A DNA stretch of 64,000 nt from Alloascoidea hylecoeti. Lineage: Eukaryota. Positions 46,538-58,883 of the stretch are shown here, piece by piece. Position 1 is the first letter of the stretch, and each line of letters starts with the position of its first letter. The position numbers and the translations under genes are program-made. Under the pieces are notes generated by a model. It worked only from the letters and a program-made list of their open reading frames with translations. It searched no databases and was not told where the DNA came from. Where the stretch lies: positions 62,001-126,000 of the forward strand of contig BCKZ01000012.1 in NCBI GenBank assembly GCA_001600815.1, given 5' to 3'.

Positions 46538-49102
46538 ATGAAGCCAATTAAAGTGAATGCCAGTCCCACTGGTGTTGCTAACCTATTAAACTTCTGGAGA
46601 TCTGAACGAACTAGTCATTCAATCTTGAATGAAGTTTTCCACGAAACTCATCAAACCACATTTAATAGTCCGATCATATTAAACCGATATATTCATCTTT
46701 CTTTCCATCCCTACTTATCTGTTAATACTTTTAAGACGAATATACATGCTGAAGTTGATTCTATTATAAAGAGACCGATCACTACATATATTAGAGGTCA
46801 CAAATTTCAGAATAAGTGCAAATCTACAAAACATCACAATACTCCATCTTTTTTATTATCAACCCCTAGGATTGACAATAGCATTATTATTACGGGAATT
46901 TGCTCCTCTATAGTTAAAAGAAATCTAACGTACGGTCTTGCTTCTCAAATATTATCACGAATGTCTCGGCAATCCTATGTACACAGTTCGGGGTTTAACT
47001 GCACTCCATCTTCAATTAATATTACAAGGTCTTGTAAAATCGGATTCAAACGGTTTTCCACGCATAGTATATTACGGAACCAACAGAAACAACTAAAAGA
47101 AGAAGGAAAGGATAAAACGGCGGCTGAAAAATCGGAAACACCAAATTCACCTTTAAAATTATCATCGAGGGATGCTCCATTACCTTTATCAGGTTGGAAT
47201 GAAATATTCCGACTGATATCTTTAATGAAAAATGATAAACTCTTATTTTTTATGGCCATTTTATGTCTTCTCATAACATCACTTACGGTTATGTGTATGC
47301 CAATGGCTATTGGCCGGGTTTTAGATGCTGCTACAAGTACCCCAGACGAAGACGAGAAGCCTAAGCCAGTGTTTGCAGGCTTGACTTTAGGGCCTTTCCT
47401 TGCTTGCCTGGCTATAGTTTGTGTTGTTGGTACAGCTGCAAACTTTGGTCGAAATGTAATGTTAAAACTTCTTGGAGAAAGATTAGTATCTCGTATCCGG
47501 TCGCATGTTCTAAAGCGAACATTACAACAAGATGCTGAATTCTACGATGTTAATAGAGTAGGTGATTTATTATCAAGGCTTTCTACGGACACTTATGTTG
47601 TCAGTCGTTCTCTTACTACAAATGTTTCTGATGGTGTTAGGGCTATTCTAGCGGGTGCTATTGGTTTAGGAATGATGTCGGTGATATGCCTTAAACTATC
47701 CTCTGTCGTTTTAATTTTTGCGCCTCCAGTTATCATAGCTGCTTCGATGTATGGTAGAAGAGTTAGAGTATTGTCACGGAATATACAAGAATCCGTTGGG
47801 TCATTGACAAAAGTTGCAGAAGAGCAACTTAGTTCTGCTAAAACGATTCAATCTTATGTTGGAGAAGTTAAGGAAATACACCGATATAACAATAAAATCC
47901 GAGATGTATTCAATTATGCTAGAAAAGAAGCATTTCTAAGCGGTTCTTTCTTTAGTTTAGCCCATTTTGCTGGTGATGCTAGTTTCATAGCAATGTTGGG
48001 CTTTGGTGCACTGATGATTAAAAACGGAACAATAACAGTTGGCGACTTGACTGCATTTATGATGTATTTGGAATATACGAACAATTCTGTTTTCAATTTA
48101 TCAGGATTTTATAGTGAATTGATGAAAGGCGCAGGAGCGGCATCAAGATTATTTGAACTTTTGGATAAATCTCCATCAATTACGTCTAATGCCGGTCTCA
48201 AAATGAAGGCTTGCCATGGTGAAATCGAATTCGATAATGTATCTTTTCATTATCCATTAAGACCCAATGTAAATATTTTTAATGGACTGAGCGTTAAGAT
48301 TCCAGCGGGTTCAAATATTTGTGTCGTTGGTCCAAGTGGCAGAGGTAAATCAACGATAACGTCACTAATACTTCGTTTTTATGATCCAAATTCGGGAACC
48401 ATAAAAATTGATGGGGTTGATATAAGACAATACAATTTAAAGTCGTTACGACGCAAACTGGGAGTGGTACAGCAAGAACCGGTATTATTGAGCGGCACAA
48501 TTGCAGAAAATATAGCCTACGGTCTTCCGTTAAATAGCGCAACAAAGGAGGAGATTGAAACAGCAGCTAGAAGGGCCAATTGCGGTTTTGTTTATAATTT
48601 CCCATTAGGCTTGGATACTCTCATTGGCCCACGTGGTAGCCAACTAAGTGGTGGACAAAAACAGAGAATTGCAATTGCGAGAGCTCTAATTAAGAAACCT
48701 GGTATATTGATTTTAGATGAAGCTACATCCGCTTTAGATTCGGAATCTGAACATGTTGTTAATTATATGCTACACCAATTAAGAAGGGAAGAGCCCCATA
48801 TGACGGTAATTTCGATTGCACATCGCCTCTCAACTATACGGCGAGCTGAAGACGTCATTGTCTTAGGATATGATGGTAATATCGTTGAGTATGGAAAGTT
48901 CAGGGAATTATATGCCAATCCAAAATCCGAACTTTCGAAATTACTAAAGAGTAGTGAAGGTGAAGATGAAAGTAAAAATAAGCGGGGTGAGCACAATGAC
49001 GAATTGCTCCATCAAGAGGATGAAGAAAGTCTTGTTGAGGAGCAACTCTATGAGGAGCTTGTTGAAACAAAGGAAGGCAACTCCCCATCGCAATCCCTAT
49101 GA
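46538..49102 (+). CDS. Mitochondrial ABCB half-transporter (Mdl1/Mdl2 family); start codon uncertain
   Basis: Long basic presequence, TM domain, GPSGRGKST, LSGGQKQRIAIARA, ILDEATSALD. Confidence 0.92.
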   Translation: MKPIKVNASPTGVANLLNFWRSERTSHSILNEVFHETHQTTFNSPIILNRYIHLSFHPYLSVNTFKTNIHAEVDSIIKRPITTYIRGHKFQNKCKSTKHHNTPSFLLSTPRIDNSIIITGICSSIVKRNLTYGLASQILSRMSRQSYVHSSGFNCTPSSINITRSCKIGFKRFSTHSILRNQQKQLKEEGKDKTAAEKSETPNSPLKLSSRDAPLPLSGWNEIFRLISLMKNDKLLFFMAILCLLITSLTVMCMPMAIGRVLDAATSTPDEDEKPKPVFAGLTLGPFLACLAIVCVVGTAANFGRNVMLKLLGERLVSRIRSHVLKRTLQQDAEFYDVNRVGDLLSRLSTDTYVVSRSLTTNVSDGVRAILAGAIGLGMMSVICLKLSSVVLIFAPPVIIAASMYGRRVRVLSRNIQESVGSLTKVAEEQLSSAKTIQSYVGEVKEIHRYNNKIRDVFNYARKEAFLSGSFFSLAHFAGDASFIAMLGFGALMIKNGTITVGDLTAFMMYLEYTNNSVFNLSGFYSELMKGAGAASRLFELLDKSPSITSNAGLKMKACHGEIEFDNVSFHYPLRPNVNIFNGLSVKIPAGSNICVVGPSGRGKSTITSLILRFYDPNSGTIKIDGVDIRQYNLKSLRRKLGVVQQEPVLLSGTIAENIAYGLPLNSATKEEIETAARRANCGFVYNFPLGLDTLIGPRGSQLSGGQKQRIAIARALIKKPGILILDEATSALDSESEHVVNYMLHQLRREEPHMTVISIAHRLSTIRRAEDVIVLGYDGNIVEYGKFRELYANPKSELSKLLKSSEGEDESKNKRGEHNDELLHQEDEESLVEEQLYEELVETKEGNSPSQSL

Positions 49103-49804
49103 TATATTTAGAGATCTAGAGAATTACATGAATTGTTATTTGCTGTTTACTGTACCTTGAATATAGAATTAGACTTAATCGTGAAAGTAACTATAAACAC
49201 ATTATGATTATGGCTTTCGTTATAATTATAATAAGGTATGTTTCATAATTGTGTAATTATAACATGTTAATTTGTTTGACAGATCACAAATTTAAAGATT
49301 CTAGACTCAAGGAGCATATTTATAGCTATAAGTTTGTTTAGTTTTTTCATATATTTTTATGGGTAGCACAGTTAAGTTTAAGGAAGAAGCTTCCTCCCCA
49401 TGAAATTTCCTGAAACACAGTAAATTATAAAATTAAACGTCCGGCATGGGAGCTCACATGTTAGATGCAATTTCAACCGCAAGCGGGTCCCAGCCACTGG
49501 CAGCCAGGGTCAGGGGCAACGGTACAATGTGTGTCTAAGGCCTCATAATCTCTTATGCATGCCACTCAGAACATCCAAACGCTCAGGCTTTTTCGTCTCG
49601 CGTGAATCTGCATGCTGCAAGAAAACATTACATATTACCTTAATAGTTAATTCAAACATGCAAGGTGTGCGGATGTTTGATGTTGTCTTATAAACAAGGG
49701 TTATTTTGGCTGGTCATTTATTTGTGACTGCCCGTCATTTTAGAACTTGCCGTCTCTCCAACACCAGACACAATTGCAATAACTACAACAATATTTTGGA
49801 TAAA

Positions 49805-52800
49805 ATGGAGCATTCCTTCTTTAGAAGGATTCGCTTCTCAGAACTATTAGAGAACCTCTTGCCTCCTCCCTTCTCCCAGGATGTTGCTATCGTATTAACT
49901 TCAAACGATGAAGACGCACTGATAGACCTCGCTAGTGATATTCCTTTTTATCTACGGGAAACTAAAAAAACTTTAGCCGAATTGGATGCTTTGGATGCAG
50001 TTGAGTGGGTCTTGGAAGGAAAACAACAACTTTCCATTTTTAAAGAATCTATCGAGGATATTGGTGTTTCAATATCACAGCTCATTGAATATTTCGAAAA
50101 TATTATCAATGATGAAAATCTAAACAATGTAATCCAACTGTTACAACAAATCGAAGATTCTTTAGATGATTGGCAGGAAGTTAAACAGTATACCGGGGAT
50201 TTAAGCAAACTTGTTTCTATTTCTATTGAGTGGAATGAATTATATTTAAATGTATTGGCGAGCGTTGATGTTGAAATCAGCCGATTTGAAGAAGCCTTAT
50301 ATGATGTTTTAGAACAGAAATTGAATTGTCCCCCGGTGCTGAGTGAATTCTTTAGCAACTGGGGTCCCGAATCGGATATTATTGACCTTGATAATGATCC
50401 TACAGCTGATACACAGTTTGATAAATTATTATCATTCCTCACTCCAACCGAACTAGACAAAATGACTAAATTCAACAATAATCAGACTCTAATTATACCA
50501 ACTTTTAATCAAACAGATCGCGCCTTAAATGAAAAGTTTTCTTCGATACATCAATATTTGGAACCTCTACATGCTAGTATAGAATTTCTACCTATTCCTT
50601 TAGAATCCTATTTTTCCATCGCAAATGCAGTTTTTCCGACCTCAGTGATAAACCTAAGTAAACGACATCAAGAAATTGAGGAGCATTGGTCACTGCTAAA
50701 TCGAGATATGCATGACCTGGAAATTGATTTAATCATTAAAAAATGGGATGAAATTATATTATTTGTGATTGAAAGAGCAACCAGAATTTTATATATTTGG
50801 AATCAGAATAAAAATGATGATAGTACAATTATGTTAAAGTCACTTAAATTAAGTGGTAATACAAAACACACAAGCTTAATTACCCCAGACCATTCGGATG
50901 ATAGTTCACGGCCTAGAGCTTTAACTGTAGGGGGTGAAAGGCCATTAAGATTGGTACGAAAACAAAAGGTTGAAGATGCTCATTCGGAACCTTTACGACT
51001 AGCTAATGCTTTGAATGCTCTGAGGTATTGTATTGAATTTCAGAAGCTCACTAAAAACAGTGTAATTTTAGATAGACACGCCTTGCTAAAACAACAGTGT
51101 TTGGATGCGAAGCTAAATGAGACAGATGATGCGGTACTAGATGCAGTCTTCTCTGGTCTTTTGGATAAAGAGCCGTCAATATCGGCCCCAAAACACGAAA
51201 AAGGTAAGGACCCAATAAAAGTAAAGGGGAAGGAAACTCTATCACGAAAAAATTCTGGATCGACTCCAGGACATTCGAAAACTAACTCGATTGACACTGC
51301 GGCGTCAAGCCCACTATCTGCTGATTTTGACAAGAAGCATATTAAAGGAAGTCGCAAAGTCATAGGGTCATTACTGATGAGTAAAATCAATAATTGGATC
51401 GTCCCAGATGGTGACTTGTCTTCCATTGATGGAGTTCCAGTCGATCGACGAAATGATGATAAAGCTATATCGATGTCAAATTCTGGAAGTTCTCCAAAAT
51501 CAAATGTTTCTTTATATTCTAAAGCAAATCATTCTATCTTGCCAAGTATTGAAGATGATGACGAAAGAACAATGAAAATCGCTGGTCTTCTGGTCTCAGA
51601 AGGGTATCAACCAACTCAACAACAACCACAGAAACAAAAACAAACACAACAACTGCCACTACCATTACCACTATCACCACCACAAAAACAAACACAACAA
51701 TCACCATTACCATTGCCACTACCACTACCACTAAAACAAATCCAATCATTACCTTTACCACAAAAGCAGACACACTCGCAACCACCAAACGAACAACAGA
51801 AATATGATTATCATGCGAAGAGTACAGATTCTATAACATCAGAATCAACAAATGACTCCATAACAACAAAAGTGTCTGAAATGTTTTCAGATAATTCACA
51901 GATATCTTTGAAAAATAGACAAGAGCAAGAGGATGAATTTCTAATGAACCAGATTCTCGAAAATGAAGCTCCTCGCATTTCTACTCGAATGGTGATGCAA
52001 AAGACACCCCCAAGAACAAGATCACCCCCTCAGTATTTTGCTGCTTCACACGCCGTACATTCGTCAAGCAGTACCATAGATAGTGTGATGAGCCATCATC
52101 GTAAAACTTCTTCTACTGTAAGCAAAGATTCGAGTGTGAGCGCATACTCAAGCATCGGTAGTCCACCTTCTAAAAGTCAAAGACGAAGATCGATGCTTCC
52201 AACTCCAAGAACTCTGTCGCATACTCCAAATAAGCCTTCAATTTCAGAAGTTCCCGAGAGAAGGAGGTCGATTATGAACAGACAAGGGCCAGTTTCTTCA
52301 TCGAAAGTTCCGGTCTCTCCTCGTTCACAGCGGGCTCCAATCATTGATCAAAAACCAAAATCTCGATTGGATTTGAAGGTCAAATCTCAATCTAGACTTC
52401 AATCTCCTTTTAAACGAAGAGACCAAACTTCAATTAACCCAGAACAGCCTTCTACATTGATGAGTGGTAGTAGGTATCCTCTTCAAAGTAGAATTTCTTC
52501 ATTACCAGAAAAAAACTTGTCAAAGTCCTCTCATTCCCGTAATATTTCAAATACATCTTCTAGATTGGGTACATCTACTCAAAAGAAACCAGTGCCACAT
52601 AATCAAAAACACCCCATGAATCCCTCTTCAGTTCCCTCCAACCAAACTTCAATGGTAAGTACACCACAAGCACCTAGCAGGAGAAGATCCATGCTATCTC
52701 CCCCTAAGTATACAGCAACAGGCTTAAGAACTACAGGTCTGAGACCACCTAAGCCTAGACCAACCTCATTGAATGAACCTACAGGGCTGAAAAAAATCGG

Positions 52801-52861
52801 TTTTGAAGCACGAAACGGCTTGAGAAGTGCCCATATTCCTTCCCAAAAATCCTGGTACTAG
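49805..52861 (+). CDS. KAR9: Kar9-like spindle orientation protein
   Basis: IEWNELYLNVL and LEPLHASIEFLP match the KAR9 domain; basic Ser/Pro-rich tail with SxIP-like SMLP/SKVP; first ATG at 49805. Confidence 0.75.
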   Translation: MEHSFFRRIRFSELLENLLPPPFSQDVAIVLTSNDEDALIDLASDIPFYLRETKKTLAELDALDAVEWVLEGKQQLSIFKESIEDIGVSISQLIEYFENIINDENLNNVIQLLQQIEDSLDDWQEVKQYTGDLSKLVSISIEWNELYLNVLASVDVEISRFEEALYDVLEQKLNCPPVLSEFFSNWGPESDIIDLDNDPTADTQFDKLLSFLTPTELDKMTKFNNNQTLIIPTFNQTDRALNEKFSSIHQYLEPLHASIEFLPIPLESYFSIANAVFPTSVINLSKRHQEIEEHWSLLNRDMHDLEIDLIIKKWDEIILFVIERATRILYIWNQNKNDDSTIMLKSLKLSGNTKHTSLITPDHSDDSSRPRALTVGGERPLRLVRKQKVEDAHSEPLRLANALNALRYCIEFQKLTKNSVILDRHALLKQQCLDAKLNETDDAVLDAVFSGLLDKEPSISAPKHEKGKDPIKVKGKETLSRKNSGSTPGHSKTNSIDTAASSPLSADFDKKHIKGSRKVIGSLLMSKINNWIVPDGDLSSIDGVPVDRRNDDKAISMSNSGSSPKSNVSLYSKANHSILPSIEDDDERTMKIAGLLVSEGYQPTQQQPQKQKQTQQLPLPLPLSPPQKQTQQSPLPLPLPLPLKQIQSLPLPQKQTHSQPPNEQQKYDYHAKSTDSITSESTNDSITTKVSEMFSDNSQISLKNRQEQEDEFLMNQILENEAPRISTRMVMQKTPPRTRSPPQYFAASHAVHSSSSTIDSVMSHHRKTSSTVSKDSSVSAYSSIGSPPSKSQRRRSMLPTPRTLSHTPNKPSISEVPERRRSIMNRQGPVSSSKVPVSPRSQRAPIIDQKPKSRLDLKVKSQSRLQSPFKRRDQTSINPEQPSTLMSGSRYPLQSRISSLPEKNLSKSSHSRNISNTSSRLGTSTQKKPVPHNQKHPMNPSSVPSNQTSMVSTPQAPSRRRSMLSPPKYTATGLRTTGLRPPKPRPTSLNEPTGLKKIGFEARNGLRSAHIPSQKSWY

Positions 52862-53453
52862 CTTCACTTCACTCTTTTTATAAGTTATGTTTTCCAACAA
52901 AAACTTGCCCAGAAGAATTAGTTTGGGCTTGAAAATCTTTAATTTTCTTCAATTATCCCGTGTTTGAGGGAATATCTTTTTACGGTCACATATTATTACA
53001 ATTGATATTTGTACTTTATATATTGCTTTTTTGTTTACCGAGTTCACAAATGTCTCGATCATTGAAAGAGGTTGTGGTGTTTTGATACTACGGACTATTT
53101 AATGTTAACGTTTCTTTTTGTCTTATTTTGAGTGTTTTGGTTTAAAGATGAGCTAATTGATACTATAACGACTTTATTATCTCATCATTATTATCCGGGT
53201 TGTATTTCAGTTTATTTTATTTTATACTATTCCTAATCTGTTTATTTTCATGTCTTTTATTGTATTCAATCAAAAAAATTTGATATTTTTTAGAGTTATT
53301 GACTTGATATTGGTAAAGGTTCTAGCAAAATAGTCATTCCAAACGGGTAATACCAGTCGATGCATGTCTAAGAGGTGAGCTTATCGAGATGTGATTGGAG
53401 ATGTTTTGCTTATAAGCTTTATATACAATGTGTAAAAATAGGTTTTCGTTCGT

Positions 53454-53856
53454 TTATTTTTCACCGAATAGTTTCACAACTATAGAATTCTTCTTATTTT
53501 GTTCAATTTCTTCTGCTGTAAAATCACGAGTAGTAACCCCGTCTATCAGCTCTCCTTTCTGATATTTTCTCTCTTCCTTAAGAATCACTATATTATTGTT
53601 AGTTCGGATTAATGTTATATGATCATAATTATATACTGACATCTTTTATAGAGCGGAAGGCCACTAAACACTAATATTCCAAACCCAAGGCCAAGTAAGA
53701 GTACACTACAATTGATGTTAAAAAATTAAAGCCTATAATGCATCAGTAGAAGGATGTGAACATTACATACGCCATTCCCTTATTTTGAAATCCTTGAGTA
53801 AACTGTGGAGGGGTTGGTTTGGTTCTTTTAACCGGGTTGGAACTTGGAACTACCAT
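53454..53856 (-). CDS. Unannotated 94-aa single-TM protein; exons 53856-53771, 53705-53641, 53587-53454
   Basis: Introns GTATGT...TTTAAC...TAG and GTCAGT...AACTAAC...TAG give an open frame with TM segment AVLLLGLGFGILVFSGLPLY. Confidence 0.75.
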
Positions 53857-53934
53857 TCTATTAATATTGTCTTCCTAAACTACAGATAAAATAAACTCTG
53901 AGATTTTGATTTGATATTATTTGAAGCATCAAGT

Positions 53935-53942
53935 CCGGGTAA
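53935..53942. promoter_or_regulatory. Reb1-type site in the divergent promoter of DIM1
   Basis: CCGGGTAA next to A/T tracts. Confidence 0.55.
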
Positions 53943-54032
53943 ATCATAAAAAACTATTGAAAAAAAATAATAAGAAACAATTTTTTTTGAAAAGCAGATT
54001 AATATAGAGAATTCTTCAAAACAAAACCATAA

Positions 54033-55040
<1,008 letters not shown>

Positions 55041-55144
55041 TTATATTTATTTTGAAATTAATCTCTTGTGGTGCTCTGTTTACTATATGTGATTTTTGAA
55101 TCATATAACCTTTTTATATAATGTATTACATAAATAACATTTAA

Positions 55145-57061
55145 TTATCTCCTCTTCGAAGTCTTTTGTGATGGATCCTTCTCAATGATTTCATCAACTC
55201 CACCCATTTCTTCCAATTGATCCTCTGCGATTCTAACGCTCTCTCTTCTTTCCCACCATCTTTCCTCTGCCAATTCAAATGCAATTTTTTTCAAGTCTTT
55301 ACCCCTAGCTTCCCTATTACTGGAAATAGCCCATTCAGTAAAATTATTACCTGTTCGCACATAAAAAGTACGTAAAGTTTCGAAAGGTTTAGGTTGTGGA
55401 AGCCATGGTGTTGGATCCGGTATTTCAGTAGTAGGTTCTTGATTATCTTCTTCTTCTTCCTCCTCAACTTCAGTGTTTTCATCTTCCAAGGACACACCTC
55501 CATTTTGATCCTCTGGATCATCTTCATCTTGATCATCATCGTCATCGTCGTCTTCTTCTTCTTCTTCTGATAGATTGTCTTTCTCTTCAAGTTCATGCAA
55601 GTCCTCCCAATAGACTTTAACACCATCAAGACGACCAAGATCAATGGAATAGAAACTATCCAGATTGAATTCGCGTTCTCCCCTTTCCCAAACACCCCCA
55701 TAAATGAATAGGACATCATCTACTACAGCAACAGCTGAATTAAATCTGGGGTGAGGCAGTTGTGCTCTAGTAGGGTATTCCTTTTTAGGCTTTTCGTCCT
55801 CTTTCTCTTCAGCATTCCTCTCTTCAGATTTAGCCTGAAATTCCAGCTCCTCCACTTCTGTATTATCTTCAATATTTGTGTTTTTCATGAGTTTACTTAA
55901 GAATTCTTCCAAATCAGCATCTCTATCTTCCTGTTTTCTTTTACTAACGACATTTGTATTTTTCTTCTTGGGCATTCTTAGTTGTAAAGAAAACCATCTA
56001 TTTGTATCAACTTGATAAGCAAATAAATTATTATAAAATTCACTTTCTAAACTTTCCTCTGTTTCATCTAAATCACAAACACCTCCAAATAAAACACCTC
56101 TACCTTTATGATACACCATTGAACAACCAACTCTTGGAGATGGAACAAAACCTTGTTTTCTTCTTCTTTCCCAACGAATTCCGTGTATATCAGCTTTCAT
56201 TTTCAGAGCCCAACAATCAGAATGAATTTTACCCTTTTGTAAACCTTTTCCAGCTTTCACCTTACAATAACCACCCCAAACAATAGCTCCATCTGTACTG
56301 GGTATGAGAGAATGACCGCTTCTATTATCGGGCACTGGGTGGTTAGGTGGAAATTCAACTTGCTTCCATTTATAGGTAGTAACATCAAATAACCATAAAT
56401 CATTAAGATATGTAGTGGAAGAACTCAAATCTCTAAATCCACCGTGTAATAAAATATAATTTTTCCAATATGTTAATCTATGACCCGAACGTGCCAGGGG
56501 ACCTTTTGTATAGTCTACTTTCGCCCATTCTTTTGATTGGGCATCTAATATCCAAGTATCGCCATAGTGATAAAATGTGGATTGTTTAGGAGAAGAGAAC
56601 TCACCGCCAAATAACAGGACAAGACCAGTTGGATGAACACACATTGCATGTCCACTTCTTGGTAATGGTGAATTTGGAGATGTTATTCTTTTCCAAGTAT
56701 CAGAGTCCAGCGAATATGAATACAATTCATTATGAAAAACTGCCAAGCCATTTTCATTGACACTTTCACCGCCGAATAATAACAATTCCCTTTTATTATG
56801 GACCGGACTAGCAATTAAAGTGGCATTTAATCTTTTAGATGGTGGTTCATGGCATGTTGTGATTGTAACAGTTTCAAATGTCTTTTGTTGATCAGCGTAA
56901 GATTGAAGCAGAGCATCAAGATCAACATCATCATCGTCACCATCTTCTAATGCTTGTTTCTTTGATTTTTTCTTCTTTGTTTTATCAGCCTTTAAAGAGG
57001 CTTTCTTTTGTTTTTCAAGCGTTCTCAGCTTTTTAGAACTTTTATCTTTCTTTTTTGCCAT
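55145..57061 (-). CDS. KEL3: Kelch repeat protein Kel3
   Basis: Kelch repeats (FGGEFSSPKQSTFYHY), acidic linker, C-terminal PKPFETLRTFYVRT. Confidence 0.9.
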   Translation of the reverse strand: MAKKKDKSSKKLRTLEKQKKASLKADKTKKKKSKKQALEDGDDDDVDLDALLQSYADQQKTFETVTITTCHEPPSKRLNATLIASPVHNKRELLLFGGESVNENGLAVFHNELYSYSLDSDTWKRITSPNSPLPRSGHAMCVHPTGLVLLFGGEFSSPKQSTFYHYGDTWILDAQSKEWAKVDYTKGPLARSGHRLTYWKNYILLHGGFRDLSSSTTYLNDLWLFDVTTYKWKQVEFPPNHPVPDNRSGHSLIPSTDGAIVWGGYCKVKAGKGLQKGKIHSDCWALKMKADIHGIRWERRRKQGFVPSPRVGCSMVYHKGRGVLFGGVCDLDETEESLESEFYNNLFAYQVDTNRWFSLQLRMPKKKNTNVVSKRKQEDRDADLEEFLSKLMKNTNIEDNTEVEELEFQAKSEERNAEEKEDEKPKKEYPTRAQLPHPRFNSAVAVVDDVLFIYGGVWERGEREFNLDSFYSIDLGRLDGVKVYWEDLHELEEKDNLSEEEEEDDDDDDDQDEDDPEDQNGGVSLEDENTEVEEEEEEDNQEPTTEIPDPTPWLPQPKPFETLRTFYVRTGNNFTEWAISSNREARGKDLKKIAFELAEERWWERRESVRIAEDQLEEMGGVDEIIEKDPSQKTSKRR

Positions 57062-57411
57062 GTAAAGAAAAAGTTGGAGTTAATTTTCAAGTAAAAATTT
57101 TATGTATTCCTACACAAACATTATTATTTATCATGATCACCTTCGGAAACTGGTTTTGATTTGATCCAAGAAATCTTGACATATTCGACTACATGTTTTT
57201 ATATTTATATTTCAGATTAATTTTTCTATGATCATCTACTTAAACATTATAATTTTGATTATTTAAAATTGATCCGCCCAATATATAATCCTTAATATTT
57301 CTATGTAGTCTATGTAGATATATCATATTATTTACATTCGTGATATGCTAAACAAATAATAAAAATGTAACGATCAATAAGGACACAGAGGACCCGGATG
57401 GACAAAAATAT

Positions 57412-58428
57412 TTAAGAACTACCTTTGAATGGGTAATCTTTAGCTGTTCCTGCCAAATCATATTCTTGGGCAATTTGGGCCACGGCATTTAGATATGGTT
57501 TAGTAGCATCCATTGGTCGTTTCCACTCTTCAGGAAATTGATATTTGGTATGCTTAAACTTCCTCTTATTAGCCTTGGAGTCGATGTGTCTTTTATCTAA
57601 TTTCAGTTCAAGTAATCTGTCTAATTCGGGATCTTTTGCTTTATGAATTAAGGTATCTACAAGACCAGACAAATATTTCATATTTTGAGCAGGTTCTTCA
57701 AATAGAACAGAGGACATTTTAACTTCGTCTTTTTGATAATCATACCTCGGACCAGCTAATAAACACAACTTATGTTTTTCATTATCAGTAAGACCCAAAT
57801 TTGAAGGAGAGAACGTCACAACGACCTTTTTTTCGGCAGGATGTTCCTCACCCATATAAGAAGTAAAGCGAAATTTCAATGGACTCTTTTTTGGATCTTT
57901 TGGTTCGTATTTCTTTATAAATTTAGTTAATAATGGCATTTCATAAGCGGCAATTCTATTATATTTTCGTTGCAACCTATGATCCCACAATTGTATATGA
58001 GCAGTTGAAGTATAATCGTCATACAAGAATTCTTCTTCCATCCCAAATTTAGAGATGTTCACCTGAGGGGATTTCAAGAATTCGTTCTCACCACCTTCGT
58101 AGATTCTTTGGATCTGATCATAACTAAACCCTGTGTCCTTTGAAGTGCTGAGGAGAGCTTCAAGCTCTGCAGGATGTTGTTCATAACGAGAACCTAGAGA
58201 TAACACCCTTTTCTGGTAAAGTTCCATGATCTTTGGAGTTGGTAAACCTTTCCATTTCTCAGGTGTAAATTCCAAAGGTAGTTCTCCTTTTGTTTTTTCC
58301 GACATTGATTTCGATATTGAGAACAGTCGAGTTGAATTCAAAATAAGGCACTTTTGTACAGAATAGTTGATGATATTCACAGAACGAGGTCCAACGCATC
58401 TCGCTCTGGTAAGTTGTTGAAACACCAT
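57412..58428 (-). CDS. RSM24: Mitochondrial small ribosomal subunit protein mS35
   Basis: YNRIAAYEMPLL, FTSYMGEEHPAEKKVVV, LLAGPRYD, FPEEWKRP. Confidence 0.92.
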   Translation of the reverse strand: MVFQQLTRARCVGPRSVNIINYSVQKCLILNSTRLFSISKSMSEKTKGELPLEFTPEKWKGLPTPKIMELYQKRVLSLGSRYEQHPAELEALLSTSKDTGFSYDQIQRIYEGGENEFLKSPQVNISKFGMEEEFLYDDYTSTAHIQLWDHRLQRKYNRIAAYEMPLLTKFIKKYEPKDPKKSPLKFRFTSYMGEEHPAEKKVVVTFSPSNLGLTDNEKHKLCLLAGPRYDYQKDEVKMSSVLFEEPAQNMKYLSGLVDTLIHKAKDPELDRLLELKLDKRHIDSKANKRKFKHTKYQFPEEWKRPMDATKPYLNAVAQIAQEYDLAGTAKDYPFKGSS

Positions 58429-58503
58429 GGTTATGAAATGAATGGGCCTAGCTATAACTGTCCATGAAACAAAAAAAGTTCACTTTTCAAAACGTGATAT
58501 GGT

Positions 58504-58511
58504 CCGGGTAA
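58504..58511. promoter_or_regulatory. Reb1-type site in the RSM24/SOM1 divergent promoter
   Basis: CCGGGTAA near the centre of a 150-bp intergenic region. Confidence 0.55.
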
Positions 58512-58578
58512 GTGCCTAGGTCTAACTCTCCGATTTCTTTGGGATCCAAAACAAAAATGGTGAAATATCTCGGAAAAT

Positions 58579-58836
58579 ATGGCACCTCCTACTCCAATCT
58601 TCACCAAAACCCAACTGCCGCATAATCATAGGTTTGCCATAGACCCACGGACGGGGGAACCCAATTGCCCTCTCAAACAACTGACTCAGTATCAATGCGA
58701 ATTAGAAGGAAATGGATCTAATATCGTCACGTGTTTTCCTTTTACAAGAGTCTTTCGAGCCTGTGCGGATAGAAAATCTAACAACCCAGTACTAATTGAA
58801 GTTACAAATGAAGATACTCAAATCAAATTGCTATAA
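58579..58836 (+). CDS. SOM1: Mitochondrial inner membrane peptidase subunit Som1
   Basis: MAPPTP start, CPLKQLTQYQC...CFPFTRVFRAC, IEVT. Confidence 0.85.
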   Translation: MAPPTPIFTKTQLPHNHRFAIDPRTGEPNCPLKQLTQYQCELEGNGSNIVTCFPFTRVFRACADRKSNNPVLIEVTNEDTQIKLL

Positions 58837-58883
58837 TCAATCTATTTATTTAATCATGTGTATATATATATGATTATAATATA

